From NCBI GenBank assembly GCA_964016885.1, contig OZ024746.1, positions 87,916,001 to 87,980,000 on the forward strand: DNA of 64,000 bases, given 5' to 3'. The translations under genes and the position numbers were made by a program. This stretch comes from Eledone cirrhosa (taxonomy: Eukaryota). Each line of letters begins with the position of its first letter. Position 1 is the first letter of the stretch. Shown here piece after piece: positions 41,381-54,914 of this stretch. The notes beneath the pieces were generated by a model. That model made no database searches. It worked only from the letters and a program-made list of their open reading frames with translations, and was not told the origin of the DNA.

Positions 41381-44300
41381 TTCTACCGTGTTGTGATACA
41401 GAATGAGCGGCAGCAGCTGTGTGCTAAGAGAGTAACAATTCTAAGATAATAAGTTTGAAAATTTACTTAGGCGGTTAATTGTCTTGGTTTGCATAGTTTA
41501 TGTATGAAGTCGCTGTGGCGAAACATACCACAATTAAATATAATATGAAGTGCAAAGCTAGAAGCGTGCATATTTTGAAGTAGCTGTAAAATATTTGAAT
41601 AGTAGGGTTTGAATAGAACTTGGAAAAATCTGTTAAAAAATGCTCAAAAATAAATGAACATGTACTTAATACGGTCAATACGAATGAAAGCACTTGGAAT
41701 TGGATATTTCGCGTAAATTTGGTTAAATATTGTCAAATGTATCAGCTGGAATTCAGCAAAGTAATTGAGGTCGCCTGAACTCATTTAAATGGCTGGGAAG
41801 CGCGTTACGTTGAAGGCAATAGATAAGCTTGACACTTTTTGCAATTATTCTTCTAGAATAGGTAGGCACATCTGGCTTTATTATTTATTCGGTCATTCGC
41901 AATCTCTTTCATTTGTCTTCGGGATATACTAATGTCAAGTTCCTCGCGATTCAACGTTAATGTTTCAGGAAAAACCCGTACACACAGATAAATATATATA
42001 TATATGTGTGTGTGTGCCGGTATGGCTTGATTGGGGTGGAAATATGTTAGGTATATCTGCCCCTAAAAATTACCATAATAACATATTGTTTACAACTAGT
42101 AGAATTCCCAACGAAATCAATGCGAGGCATTAAAAACACTATATGAAGGATTCGTTAGGTTTATACAAATAACAGAAACACATACACATGCGTGGTAAGG
42201 CGAGCATACATTCGTACATACATGCATCTTTGCACGCAAATTCACACGCTAACACATATACACTATCTGTCTCTCTCTCACTCTCAGAACTGTATACCGT
42301 GTGATTCGTAGTATAGGACGCGCTTTTTTTTTCAAAAATATGACACTCAAAATCACTGTGTTAGGTTTGGAGTAATTACAGACGATAAAAATTGTATAAT
42401 TAATAAGTTGGAAATATTTAGCCTTTTGTTTAAATTTTCGAAGTGATAAGAATGATAGTAACGTTAATAGTATTAATTACCCATAATTTTTTTTCTTGCT
42501 GGATATTCATGTTAAATTTAGAGTGCCTCCAATATTGCAGTGTCCGAAAAATACGGAATGCTTCAATTTGTATACAAACATGTGTGTTTGTGTGTAGTTT
42601 TTCGTTTCAACCATGGCCACACAATTATTAATTATCAAACATTAATGATTGAACCGAGGTAAAATTTCATGTGTTACATTTTTACTTCACACTCCCCGTT
42701 TCTAGATGTTGACGTAAGTTTAAAAATGAAAAGAATAAAATAACAACAGAAAACAGAATTAAAGAACAACAATCAAGGAAAAACACGAACTCCACAGCGC
42801 ACAGATGGTAAGTAAATATTTTCTTGCGTGAACAAGCAGATATAGATATGTAACTACCATCAGAGAGACCAGAATTTCTGACACACGCGCAATAACACCC
42901 ACATTTAAAGACAAGCAGTAGTGTGAAAGTGTTGTTTAGGAAAAGCCTTGATCTCGACGTAAAGAAGATCTTCCTGAACCCGGAAGTTGGGACTACGTGG
43001 GAGTAGCTGATAGTAGCTGAGTTGCAATAGAATCGAGTGCCTGATCAGCCAGTTCAAACTGGATGACAGGTACTCACTAGATTTCCAAAATACTCTTGTT
43101 TGGACCAGTAAAAAACAGAGAGCGACATATAATTCGTATCTAGATGGGTTTTTCGTCACATAAACTGATAAGGATAGTATAGGTTAACCATATTTCTGAA
43201 CGGTTGCCTATTAAGATCACAAATTTGTGATCTGTATGATCGATCTAGATAGAATATGTTTAGTTAGATCAGTTTATTGAAAACTTAAAACTTCGTCCTG
43301 GTGATTAAAAAGGTGGTTGGAGGCTCTGAAGAGAGAGGTTAGATACATATAAATAGCTTTTAGTAAATATATAGCGAAAGAAAAATATAGAAAGCAAAGT
43401 GAACTGCTAGCTAAATGAGAGAAGGCTATTAGAATGTGCATTGATATGCTAGAGGCTGGAATAACATTTCTTCAATAAGAAACGCGAAGCTTACATTTCC
43501 GGGCTCAGGTTTAAGAAACGAGGGAACGATAGCTTTTCAATGGATGCTAGTGTTGAGGCCTAGTTTCGTAACATATTCACGATACACTCTTTGACGGATC
43601 TAGATGAAGGTTTCCGCCAGTAGTTTGTTCGAGTTTGACGGAGTGGGCTCGGAGACCTACTTGGACGGTCTCTTGCCTACTTAGCCAGCCGATGGAGGGT
43701 GCTGTGAAAGGGGGATAACTTCAGCCGAAATTTAGGATGCTCTGTTTGTCTTCACGAGGCGCAAGACACCGAGTTGGGGAGTGTGCTCTCCGAGTTATAC
43801 GTATACCAGATATGTTGTCCAATTTCCATTGTTACACCGAATAATTCATTCAACATTTATTACTTCTCATAGATAAATTAACCAGGATCACAGTGAGCTG
43901 GTTAGTCTTTCAACTTCCGTCGCCTTTAGGGGTTAAACCGAGGTCTAAATATTAGTTTAAAAAAATAAATTTGCGGATTAGTTATACACGTTTGTTGAAA
44001 GGAATTACTACCCCTCCACCGAATGTAAGGGTAAATCATTCACAGCAGCAACCTATACCAGAATCAACAACGAAGCAGAGGAAATGTACGCAATGAATTT
44101 TCCGCTGATAAAAATGTCAACACTACCATCGCTATCACAGGTGCTACAACATAATATAATGACAACAACAGCAACAATACTAGCGAGACATCTTCTTCCT
44201 CCACTACAAGTAACACCAACAACTCAAACGACAACAACACCCCAACCACCAGCAGAGCATCAACATAATATATCAGAGGCAAATAACAAAAATAGCAGTA

Positions 44301-44510
44301 ACACTGACAACTACATAAATGGCCAAAAACAACACTGCATAAACAAAAATAATAACATCAACTACACAAACAACATGATCATTAACAACATCAACTATAA
44401 CAACACGAATAAAATATTCACAGGTCCGGCTGCTATAGCATTCCCATTGTTCAATTTGGCCATTTTGAAAAGCAGTTATAATATTCATGCGGGACATTAT
44501 TTCTATTTTT

Positions 44511-44702
44511 AGAAGGATGATGTATTGGAAATATGGGTAGAGCGTCAGACACCATGTTTTACCACATAGAGTTATAGCCCTTTACGTCCTGAGTTCAAAT
44601 CTCGCCACCGTTAGCTTTGTCTTTCATCCTCACGGGGTCGATAAAATAAAGCACAAGTAATACACTGGAGTAATTGCTGGCTTTGTTCCAAAAGTAGAAA
44701 CA
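44511..44702 (+). mobile_element. SINE family S1
   Basis: S1 body; flanked by ATTATTTCTA at about 44496 and 44703. Confidence 0.88.
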
Positions 44703-46953
44703 ATTATTTCTACTGTTACGTCGGTATGATTCGCTGGCTGCGCTGCTTAGGATAGGCATGTTTCTTATTCTAAAATATTCGTATTAAAAATGCTCCAAAT
44801 ATGTTGTTCTTTTTCTTATTCTTGTTTATGATGTTGTTTCTCCTGCTATATAAAAAGCTTTTGTCTGAATTACTGTTATTTTTGTGTTTTGTTTCTGTAA
44901 GATTTTTTGCTTCTCTAGTAGAGTAGGTAACAAAGTTCGTGTTCGTGTTGATAATTGTTTTTGTTTTCTTCCCTTAGCTTTGATGTTCTTAAGATTGCAT
45001 TACTTTTTTAGTTTGCTGAAAGTACACTTCATAATTTCCTCGTGCAATGTTGTTATTGTTGTTGTTGTTCTTGTTGTTGCTGCTTTCATTTATTTTTTTT
45101 ACTATGGCTGTTCTGCCAGGCGGAAAAGAATTCGTTTTCTGTCATCATATGTTTTAAACAAATTTAGGGCGTATTGGAAACTAGATACACATCTATTCCA
45201 TACTAACCAGTTTAACAAGTAACTGTTTTTTTTTAATACTAGAAAAGAATATTACATATTTTAAAAAGATACGTTGAATAACAATGTATTTTTGCTTGTA
45301 ATATGAGTATAACAAAAAGCAAAATTAAAATCTAATAAAGAAGACATAATCCACGGTCACCCCCTCGCGTGGGCAAGTGCATTCTCTATGTTTCCTCCTC
45401 CAGTTAACAAGCTGATACTCTGAGAGGGCCTTTCACATAGTCCATGCCCGCCACTCTCCACCACCTTTGAACAAACTGGTTGTAAGTTTAACTTTTAACC
45501 CTGATTATCCTATTCAATTGAAACTTGAGAAGGAAAAAGACCATCAAAGACAACAAAAACACAAAATCTTCAACAACAAAAACAACTAGAGGCTTTAAAT
45601 AATAATACTTATAATTATATAGAAAATGAAACAACGCTCGATTTTAATGAAATATATGATTTGCTAATTGTGCCAAAATTTGTTTTCAGAGGAAGCCAAA
45701 TTTTCTCTGATTAGATGCCAAGAGAGACTAGGAAATAGGATTATATTAATAATTAGTCTAACCCGCTTAAATAGAAATTATTCGCTACTGCTATGCCTTG
45801 GATGGTTTGTTAAGTACATTAATGGCAACTCCTTTCAAAGTAATTCCCCACGATAATTTCCCATCAATTAAAAAGCAATTTTACTGTAGCACTAATACTG
45901 TGTTTAAGCATAAGAGAGTTGTATATTAAAATATATATAATAGCTTTATATACAATAAAACGATATGTGGTCTCGCTGTCGAAGAAACTATTATTTTACT
46001 TAACGAGACGAAATTATAAAAAAAAAAATACCCAAACGAAATAAATGTGTCTCTATATTGCTCTGTGAATATATCACCGACTTGTGAGTATGTTTTTGAG
46101 AATGTCAGACAGTGTATTTTCAGGTTTTGTTAATCTGTTACCATTGACACACTCAAAAATGCACTGTCATGACATTGACTATAGCCTCTATAAAATCTTG
46201 CGTGACAACCACGTCATTTGAATATATAGCTAGCTTGGCGATAGCACTAAAACAGGGTTCAACACATACTCATGGTGTATGAGAAAACATTTATAAATAT
46301 ATACAATACAGTTATATAAATATCCATATAAGCCTCGCTGTCAAAGAAAAAAATCTTGTTTCGAAAGGAAAGGAAACGAATATATATTATTTTTCGCTAT
46401 TTTCCTGTGGGACTGTACCACTGAGTTGCATGAATTTTACGAGTGTGGGGCAGCATCATTTCAAGATTTGTTAATCTTTAACAGTTAGACTCAGTGAAAA
46501 TGTGTTGGTAAAAAATAGACTAATGTATTTTGAATTATCCGTGCATAATTAGTTAAACTCGCATTATATGCAAATGACCATGTTCAGCCGATGTTTCTGT
46601 GTGTAACATGAGATGATCATCTCCACCAAATCATCATCACGAAAAGTCTATATAGACTATAGTATATTTCAGGCCAGTACGTTTTGAGTGAGTGTCTATG
46701 GTACAAGTTTAACAAGTCTTAAAACAGAGCAGACTAAAATATTCAAAACATGGCAACTAAATCATGTTCACAGAGGAAAATAGAGAAAAAAGTATTTTTT
46801 CAATATTTGTTTTGTTTGGTTCCGAAATAATATTTGTCTATAGGGAAAAAAGACGAAATCGAAAATGCAACTGTAGTCTTTTTTTTTTTAAATATATATT
46901 TAATTGGTTCCTTTACCGGTTTCGCACTTCTTCTGCTTTTCGCATCCAGCACC

Positions 46954-47024
<71 letters not shown>

Positions 47025-47028
<4 letters not shown>

Positions 47029-47666
47029 AGCTATCGCCGTATTTTGACTAAAGAAATTAAATAAATTATTTAGCCTGATAGTGGGGTTAAGAACCGTCGG
47101 AAAAATGCGAAAAAATGAGTATTGACGTACATGGTAGTCAAACCCACATCTTCGGTTAATCGGACCACTGTGCTACAATTTACACATCACCCATTTTTTT
47201 TCCATTCAAATTAGAAGCTATAAGCTTAGCGACTGTAATGTCAAGTAAGAATATTTTCGAAACAGCGAGTGCGTTTGAAATTATTAGAAATGTAAATTAT
47301 CGCCGTATTTTGACTAAAGAAATTAAATAAATTATTTAGCATGATAGTGGGGAAAAGAACCCTCGGAGAAATGTAAAACAGATGAGTATTTATGTACATG
47401 GGAGTCGAACCCACATCTTTGGTTATCCCGACCACTGTGCTACCATTTACACCAACACACTAGCCGTCTTATTCCATTCAAATTAGAAGCTATAAAATTA
47501 GCGACTGCAATGTCAAGTAAGAATATTTTCGAAACAGCGAGTGGGTTTGAAATTATTAGAAATGTAAGCTATCGCCATATTTTGACTAAATAAATTAAAG
47601 TAATTATTTAGCCTGAAAGGGGGGTTAAGAACCCTCGGTGTCGCTAAGTTTATAGCTTCTAATTTG
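47025..47666. mobile_element. Partial tandem array (about 270 bp unit, 2.3 copies) with a tRNA-like module and an inverted terminal piece
   Basis: Units start at 47025, 47291 and 47563. Minus-strand tRNA-like TGGTGTAAATGGTAGCAC..GTGGGTTCGACTCCCAT at 47391-47460 and about 47123-47190. 47640-47666 is an inverted copy of CAAATTAGAAGCTATAA..TTAGCGAC. Confidence 0.85.
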
Positions 47667-48466
47667 CTTCCAGCAGAGCCTACATGACGTCGTCGTCAGT
47701 TGTTTCACTTGTTTTCAAGAGAGAATCCACCATGGCGAACTATTTGAAAAAAGAAGTCGGCACTTTGCATTAATTAATAATTTTTAATCAATATGTATTT
47801 ATATGAAGAAATATCATTACTGTTTTACAACTCCCGTGATAATTTATTGTAAGAACATATTGAAAAAATTACATTTATAACACATACATTCGATATATAC
47901 ATACATTCGTTATGCATATATCGATTTTGAAAGCCGGTAGTAAGATGATGATATTTTTTGCATAGTTGTATGTTAATGTAATTATAATTGTGCTTGCTGA
48001 GAGAAAAATTACCATATACATTTGAAGGTACGTGTCGAATGTTTTTAGTGTATATCACTGCGTAGAAAATATTTTAAAGTGTAATGACATCGTGAATATA
48101 TTCAGTTGGTGAAGACTATATGTCTGATTCCTCATTATATACTACGGCAAGTATAATCTCAACAACATCGTTAATTTCCTTGTGAAGAATTGGTTATTAA
48201 GAAGTTATGTATTTTCATTTCCTATAGATAATAAAGTAACAACCAACAATAGAGTTATTACTTAATATAAATAGTTTCAGAAGATCCTGTATAGGGGTAA
48301 AGCAGAAATTATTGGCTTAAATTTTAATCTGAACTAATAATAAATATTTGCTCTATGGGTTTAAATATATATTGGAAAATGTGTAAAATCCTTGGTACAT
48401 TTAGGTATATTTAAAAAAAGGAAAATACTGACTCCACTTGTAGTTCTAAACAATTTAATTTAATTG

Positions 48467-48517
<51 letters not shown>

Positions 48518-48527
48518 GTGTGTGTGA

Positions 48528-48559
<32 letters not shown>

Positions 48560-49094
48560 CAGTGATTATTGAACACTCTTCGGATTTTTTTTTTTTTCAT
48601 TTATTATCTATATATGAAATAAAGTTAAGCGCATCTAATAGTCGTGGATATTCTAATCACAATAATAGCAATACATATTGAAGCCGATATTCACGAAAAA
48701 CAAGAAACTCTAAGCAATTCAAGTCAAGACATACGAAGCACAAAAAACAATGAAATACATCAATCTCGTGAAATGGTACGATGTGCATTTTCCATGTGAG
48801 TGGAGTCCCAGAGAATTGTAACAATATTGGCACGATTTTTCTACAGTTATGGAAAGCAAAGGAATGAATTAAATATAAAGATTGCAGAACCGATTTTGAA
48901 TGCGTCAGCTTCAGCAATCTGTTATCGGAAATAGTCAACCATCCTATCATCTATTACCTATTAGCGTCTACACATAAATACGGACATGAAACTTTGGTAA
49001 TCAGCAAATATATACGGTCGCGAATATTAGTGTCCCAAATGCATACATGTATACACCCACTCCCGCACACACCCACACACACGCATACTCAGTA

Positions 49095-49148
<54 letters not shown>

Positions 49149-49250
49149 GTATTTTATGTGTTACATGTAAAGGTTTATATGTTGCTGCCTCATGTAGCCT
49201 TGCTTCGAAATCTTGTGCAACGCCTCACGTTTACGTGTACGTATAATGAC

Positions 49251-49306
49251 TGTTTCTACTTTTGGCACAAGGTCAGCAATTATATCAGTGTATTACTGGT
49301 GCTTTA
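49251..49306 (-). mobile_element. Severely 5'-truncated SINE S1 with perfect 16 bp TSD
   Basis: GTTTCTACTTTTGGCACAAGG..TTACTGGTGCTTTA between TACGTGTACGTATAAT at 49232-49247 and 49307-49322. Confidence 0.9.
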
Positions 49307-50270
49307 TACGTGTACGTATAATAATGATAATTTATATATATATATATATATATATATAGCCATTTCAATCTAGACTATAATAAAGTAAGGAGTGCGGGAA
49401 GGCGTACGGTTTATCTCTTTTAATCCAATTAGCAACATAAGTTGCATTATTTTGAATAAATAATGAATTAAAATTATCTACTAAATTTCGTAGCTGTTGA
49501 TTAGATATATTTTATTGTTTAAAATTTAGCGATCGCTTAAATAAACATTCATATATTTCCGGCACTAATTATCACCTAATGCAGTTTATATATAATATCG
49601 TCTTTTATTAAAGCATCATGGAATACGTTACTGATTACATAAGAGAATGTTACATAAGAGAGTGTAACGCAGTCTTCGTTCAATTTCTGTGTAGATTGAA
49701 AATTACAATTTTATTTGATGTATATCTACATGCTTATATATTTGTATTTTATTAAATAATGTTGCAAATGTGAGTTAAAATATGAACACATAATATATAC
49801 AGGGTATATAAATAAATACACAGTAGAATAAAATAACATTTTTGTTCAATATATATATAAATAACATGATAAATGCTTAGATAAAAAAAATTGCTCGCGA
49901 TTCTTTGAGAAGGATATATTCATTTAATGGTACAATATTTAAAAAAAATGTAAAGGAAGGGTTGAGCAACCGAGCCCCCATCAGAGGAAAGGACAGCAGC
50001 GGCGAGGAGTACTAGACAATCTCTCTAATGATTTCTAGGCAACCCAGCACACTCGCAGTGTTTACTCGGGTGATGGCGAGACTAATATCAATATTCACAC
50101 TACACATGCTAGCAGAAAACCGCCCGAGTCTGGTTTTTCTGCTACTATATATAAATCTTCTACACAACTAGAATTATTTCATTCACAGGAAATCACCAGG
50201 AAAACCCTGTTGGTTTCTTTCGAATTGTTGTTTACAATCTACAAATGTATTGTGTATCTTACTTACTCTG

Positions 50271-50360
<90 letters not shown>

Positions 50361-50362
<2 letters not shown>

Positions 50363-50917
50363 CAAAGTATCATGAAACTTGAAGCTCCTCAAAGGGCAAT
50401 CACGAAAAAGATAGATGGCATGTCAGACCTTGACTACTGGGGTCGATTGGAAAACCTGAAACTTTACTCACTCCAACGTCGCCGTGAGCGTTATATTATC
50501 TGCATGATGTGGAAAATGTTCCATCATCACTGCCCAAATGATGTTGGCATCGCCTTCAAGATACACCCAAGGCTTGGGCCCCGTGCTATCCGTCCCATTC
50601 AAAAATCTAAATCGCAACTCATAACAACAATACGGCACAATTATTTCACCTCAATCGGCCCTGCTCTCTTCAACATCACACCAGGACACGTCAAAACAGA
50701 AACTGACCACACAAAATTCAAGAAGTCTTTGGACAAATTCCTCCAAGTAATCCCGGACAAACCACCCACACCCGGATATGTCTCCGCAAACAGTAATTCT
50801 CTTCTCGAATGGGCCATGGTGCCCAAATTCTGAATTGAAAGACTTCGCCAGGTGGTGCTATTAAGTTAGACATGGCCTGGGCCAATACTGGCCAAAACAT
50901 TTCAAAGTTATTCAAAG

Positions 50918-50920
<3 letters not shown>
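50361..50920 (+). mobile_element. 5'-truncated CR1-group LINE 3' end inserted in (TA)n
   Basis: Open 153 aa ORF2 C-terminus (LEAPQRAITKKI..YWGRL..LYSLQRRRERY..FKKSLDKFL..IPDKP) with tail (TTCAAAGTTA)x2 at 50901-50920. Confidence 0.92.
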
Positions 50921-51009
<89 letters not shown>

Positions 51010-51054
51010 ATATCAGAGTAAGTAAGATAAACAATACATGTGTAGATTGTATAC

Positions 51055-51645
51055 ATATTCGGGCTGTTTGTTTGTTTACAAACAAACAAACCGAGTATTA
51101 TAATAAATGTTCGGTAAACCGATACGTGCATATATATATATATGTGCGCATATATGTATAAATATACATACTATTGTACGTCTGTATACATATATGTTTG
51201 TACGTATTTCGTTTCATTCTATTCCATTTATCGTTTTCGGTGCGCCCGGCTGACTCAACTCACTCGATATGCAAATTAGGCTGCTCAGCCGTTAATATTC
51301 TTAAGAAAAGTATATTATTTCAGACGTTCAACCATCTGGCAGGAAGGTATACGATGCTGACAATATGTAATAAGCTTTAAACTAGTACATCATTCCTGTT
51401 TCAGTGTTGAACAAAAATTGACGTGGTTGCAAACAAACAAACAGAGCATTATAATAAATGTTCGGTAAACCAATACGTGCATATATATATGTGTGTATGT
51501 ATGTATACATATATATTTATATATACATACTACTGTACGTCTGTATGCATATATGTATGTACGTGTACATACATGCATACTTACATTTAATTTAGTGCCG
51601 TACTAAGAGTGATAAATGGAATTTTGTTTCATTCTATTCCATTTA
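51055..51645 (+). mobile_element. Family A retrozyme-like repeat, about 1.4 tandem units
   Basis: Internal direct repeats (TTCGGTAAACC at about 51110 and 51461; GTTTCATTCTATTCCATTTA at about 51211 and 51626). Decayed hammerhead CGATG-CTGACAA..TAAAC-TA-GTA-CATCA at about 51352-51392. Confidence 0.85.
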
Positions 51646-51660
51646 TATATATAGATATTT

Positions 51661-51836
51661 AATTAGTATATCTACCAACATATTTATACAGAAGTATACT
51701 TATGCTAGCAAGATATAGATTTTGTCTTATTAACTTTCTGACTCAATGCATTGAACCACAACGTTACTAAGACAAAACCTATATCTTGCTAGCATAAGTA
51801 TACTTCTGTATAAATATGTTGGTAGATATACTAATT
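51661..51836. repeat. Inverted repeat, arms about 73 bp, spacer about 29 bp
   Basis: AATTAGTATATCTACCAAC..TTTTGTCTTA is mirrored by TAAGACAAAA..GTTGGTAGATATACTAATT. Confidence 0.92.
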
Positions 51837-52119
51837 CTTTATAATTATCTCCAAATTATTTGTCGAGCACAAATTTGCCTGAATTACTACTATGATTCAT
51901 AGTAATATTTTGGCTACTGTTTTTTTAACACCCCACTCCTCACTGATTAACGTCGATGTCACGTGATTGATTCTTTTGAATTTGCCACTGACCGGAAGGG
52001 TAGTGAAATTTTCAGTGTCTTGAAATTTTGTCCGCGCTTGCTTTTTTTTTCCATTGACTGAATTATTTTTGTGTCCGCCTATCGCCAGGGATCTTAGCCG
52101 AGAAATGTATATGTATATG

Positions 52120-52201
<82 letters not shown>

Positions 52202-53089
52202 CAACTTAACAAAGGGATAGTAGGGAGTTATCTGGCACATGTGTGATATTGGAATATTGGCAACAAGTACAAAACTACTTGGCTATCGGCCCCCGATGAT
52301 AAGTAACATTAATTATACCCTTAATGATTGAAATGGTGGTTCATGTGATGTCACAATGTCTGACTAAATAGACAGGCACTCACCCTGGTGTATTTATTTG
52401 CAAAGAGAAGAAAAACGAATGCACAAATGTATATAGAATTAACTGTACGATATTAAGTCTAGATCTCTGACAATAAGGCACACATATTACATGCGGCCCA
52501 GAAGGGAAGTTATGTTTGGTTTCAACCGTCACAACATAATGATCTGGAACACAGTATGACGAAAGATCGCGAAAATTCTCACGCAATATGAAAAAAGAAT
52601 GTTTCGATGAAATTAGCAAATTAAAAAAGAAGGGAGCCACGTATATCACGGATCATAACACCCGTTTCCCAACATTTATTCAAGTGATCAATCTATTTTA
52701 ATGAAATTTTCTCTATCTAGATGCATGAGTGTCAATCTTTCACCATGTTATAATTGCTTGAGATCGAACTCCGAACTATTTGCTCGGTAAATAGGTGAAA
52801 TACAGATAACTTGCTATGATCTATATTCACAACAAGGCGTCAATTCTGCAATATATTTAAAAAAACCAAAAAAAAAACCTATGTAATTTGTACATGAATA
52901 ATTGCCCGGATTATGAATCTAAATTGAAAATTAAAAATGAAACATTGACGAGGAAATAGAAGCACGTCATACTGATTAGAGTGTCTATATCCTAATCTGT
53001 TCTGAATCTGAAGTCACCTTACAGAAATATCAGGCCAGATAAGAAAGTAGGAGACTAGAATATATATTCACATTTCAAAAATATCAAAG

Positions 53090-53425
53090 TTCTCAGTATA
53101 ACCATTATAATCGATACTGTCAACATCACGACCATAACCATCAAGATTATCATCACTGTGATTATCATCACCGTTGTCATCATCATTAATGTGATCAACA
53201 TCATTAACAACATTGTGACCATTCTCGTCATTATTATCATCGCTGTCGTTACTCTCATCACAATGAACATGATCATTAGTATTATCAATATATTTATCTC
53301 TGTCTTCATCGTCGACAACACCACCACCACCACCACCATCACCTCCACTGCTGCCACTGCAAGCACGACCGCTTTCAGCAACAAGAAGCAACAACATATA
53401 CATCTACAATCACATCACCATCATG
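53090..53425. repeat. Degenerate (CAT/CAC/CAA)n trinucleotide region
   Basis: Period-3 low complexity. Similar tracts at about 22190-22380 and 44040-44410. Confidence 0.85.
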
Positions 53426-54197
53426 GTAGGTTATTTATAATGCACACCCATTCACAAAATGTCAGGCCATACGAAGACAGGGACACATACACACACGCAG
53501 TGTCACATACAGGCACACAGGCACACATACAGGCACACTGGGACACATACATATACACAGGGACGCATACAAACACATAGGGACAAATACACGCACACAT
53601 AAAAACAACTCAATTTATGCTTAACAAAAACGAACTTTAAACTATGTGCACAGTTCTTTGTTATATTTTTTTTGCCTGTTTCTTGTATTTCAGTTTATTT
53701 ATTTTTATTATTGTTTTTTATATTTAATTATTTATTTTTTGCTTCATTTAATATTTTTTGTACCAACATTTTGGGAAAAAAATGAATTCCTTTTAATAGA
53801 ATCTTTACACTTCCAGTAGTAAATTAAATTATGTCCAATTCATTTATTTCTTTGTTAAATAAATCAAAAACGAGCCAACAACATTTTGGTCTTGTTTTTA
53901 CTGGCAGAGTTCTTTATTTTTGTTTTAGTTTAATCTCTCGCTTGTTTTCATATATTGTGAAAATATAGTTAGAAGATGGACAAAAGCACCATTCTATGAA
54001 TATTTTCAGATTTTAACGTGTTAAGAATCTCTTTGTTTGAGGAAAATATCCAAAGCCTCACTCTCTAAATATATAATTCCATTAGTATGTTCCTCACTCA
54101 AAATATTCCTGTTTTACTCTTCATCTATAAACTTGATGGTAATGAAACCAGTCTCAACACAGGCAGTAATCATTAACAAGTACAAGAACAACATTGG

Positions 54198-54258
<61 letters not shown>

Positions 54259-54322
54259 GCTGCTGCTACTGCTGCTGCTGCTGCTAATACTACTACTACT
54301 GCTGCTCCTGACGATGCTGCTG

Positions 54323-54382
<60 letters not shown>

Positions 54383-54472
54383 ATACTACTACTTCTACTA
54401 CTACTACTACCACTACTACTGCTACTACTACTACCACTACCACTACCACTACTACTAATAATACTAATAATA
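54198..54472. repeat. Compound (ACT)n/(GCT)n microsatellite at a SINE tail
   Basis: Long ACT run with GCT, ACC and AAT variants, contiguous with the 3' end of SINE 54474-54650. Confidence 0.97.
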
Positions 54473-54473
54473 A

Positions 54474-54649
54474 GTGTTTCTATTTTTAGGCACAAGGCCA
54501 GCAATTAACCAGTACATTACTGGTACTTTATTTTATCGACCCCGTAAGCATGAAAGGCAAGGTTAAACCCGGCGGCATCTAAACTCAGATCATAAAGGGA
54601 CGTAACTCTATGCTTCAAAGCATGGTGTCCGACTCTCTACCGATACTGC

Positions 54650-54650
<1 letters not shown>
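54474..54650 (-). mobile_element. SINE family S1
   Basis: S1 match. 3' end GGCCTTGTGCCTAAAAATAGAAACACTTATTATT; the 5' end abuts (AAT)n. Confidence 0.9.
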
Positions 54651-54685
<35 letters not shown>

Positions 54686-54914
54686 TTTTCTTTATTAACC
54701 ACAAGGGTTTACATAAAGTAGACATTAAGGACAGTACAGGACAATAAAGGACGGTACAAATGGGCATTTCTGCGTGTAAAAAAACAGAGGTTGAAATAAA
54801 ATTCCCCAATAGGGGGGAGACTTCCGAGGGACATTTGTGGAGAAAGCCCATTAAAAGACCACAGTGGCCCTGACCACCAGGGCAAGTGCCCTCTCCCAGT
54901 TTTCCACCTTTAAT

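Noticed and set aside
42940-43800. GC-richer stretch, possibly a very old minus-strand RT
   Set aside because: Only faint motif hints; not assignable by eye.
45940-46530. Faint duplication of about 360 bp (CTCGCTGTC.AAGAAA..TTTGTTAATCT)
   Set aside because: Too diverged to define ends or class.
47391-47460. Functional tRNA gene
   Set aside because: Weak acceptor stem and non-canonical anticodon loop; treated as a tRNA-derived module.
53055-53580. Asp/Asn-rich and Ile/Thr-rich ORFs
   Set aside because: Decayed trinucleotide repeat open in several frames.
54037-54508. Poly-T, poly-V, poly-S and poly-L ORFs
   Set aside because: Translations of an (ACT)n microsatellite.
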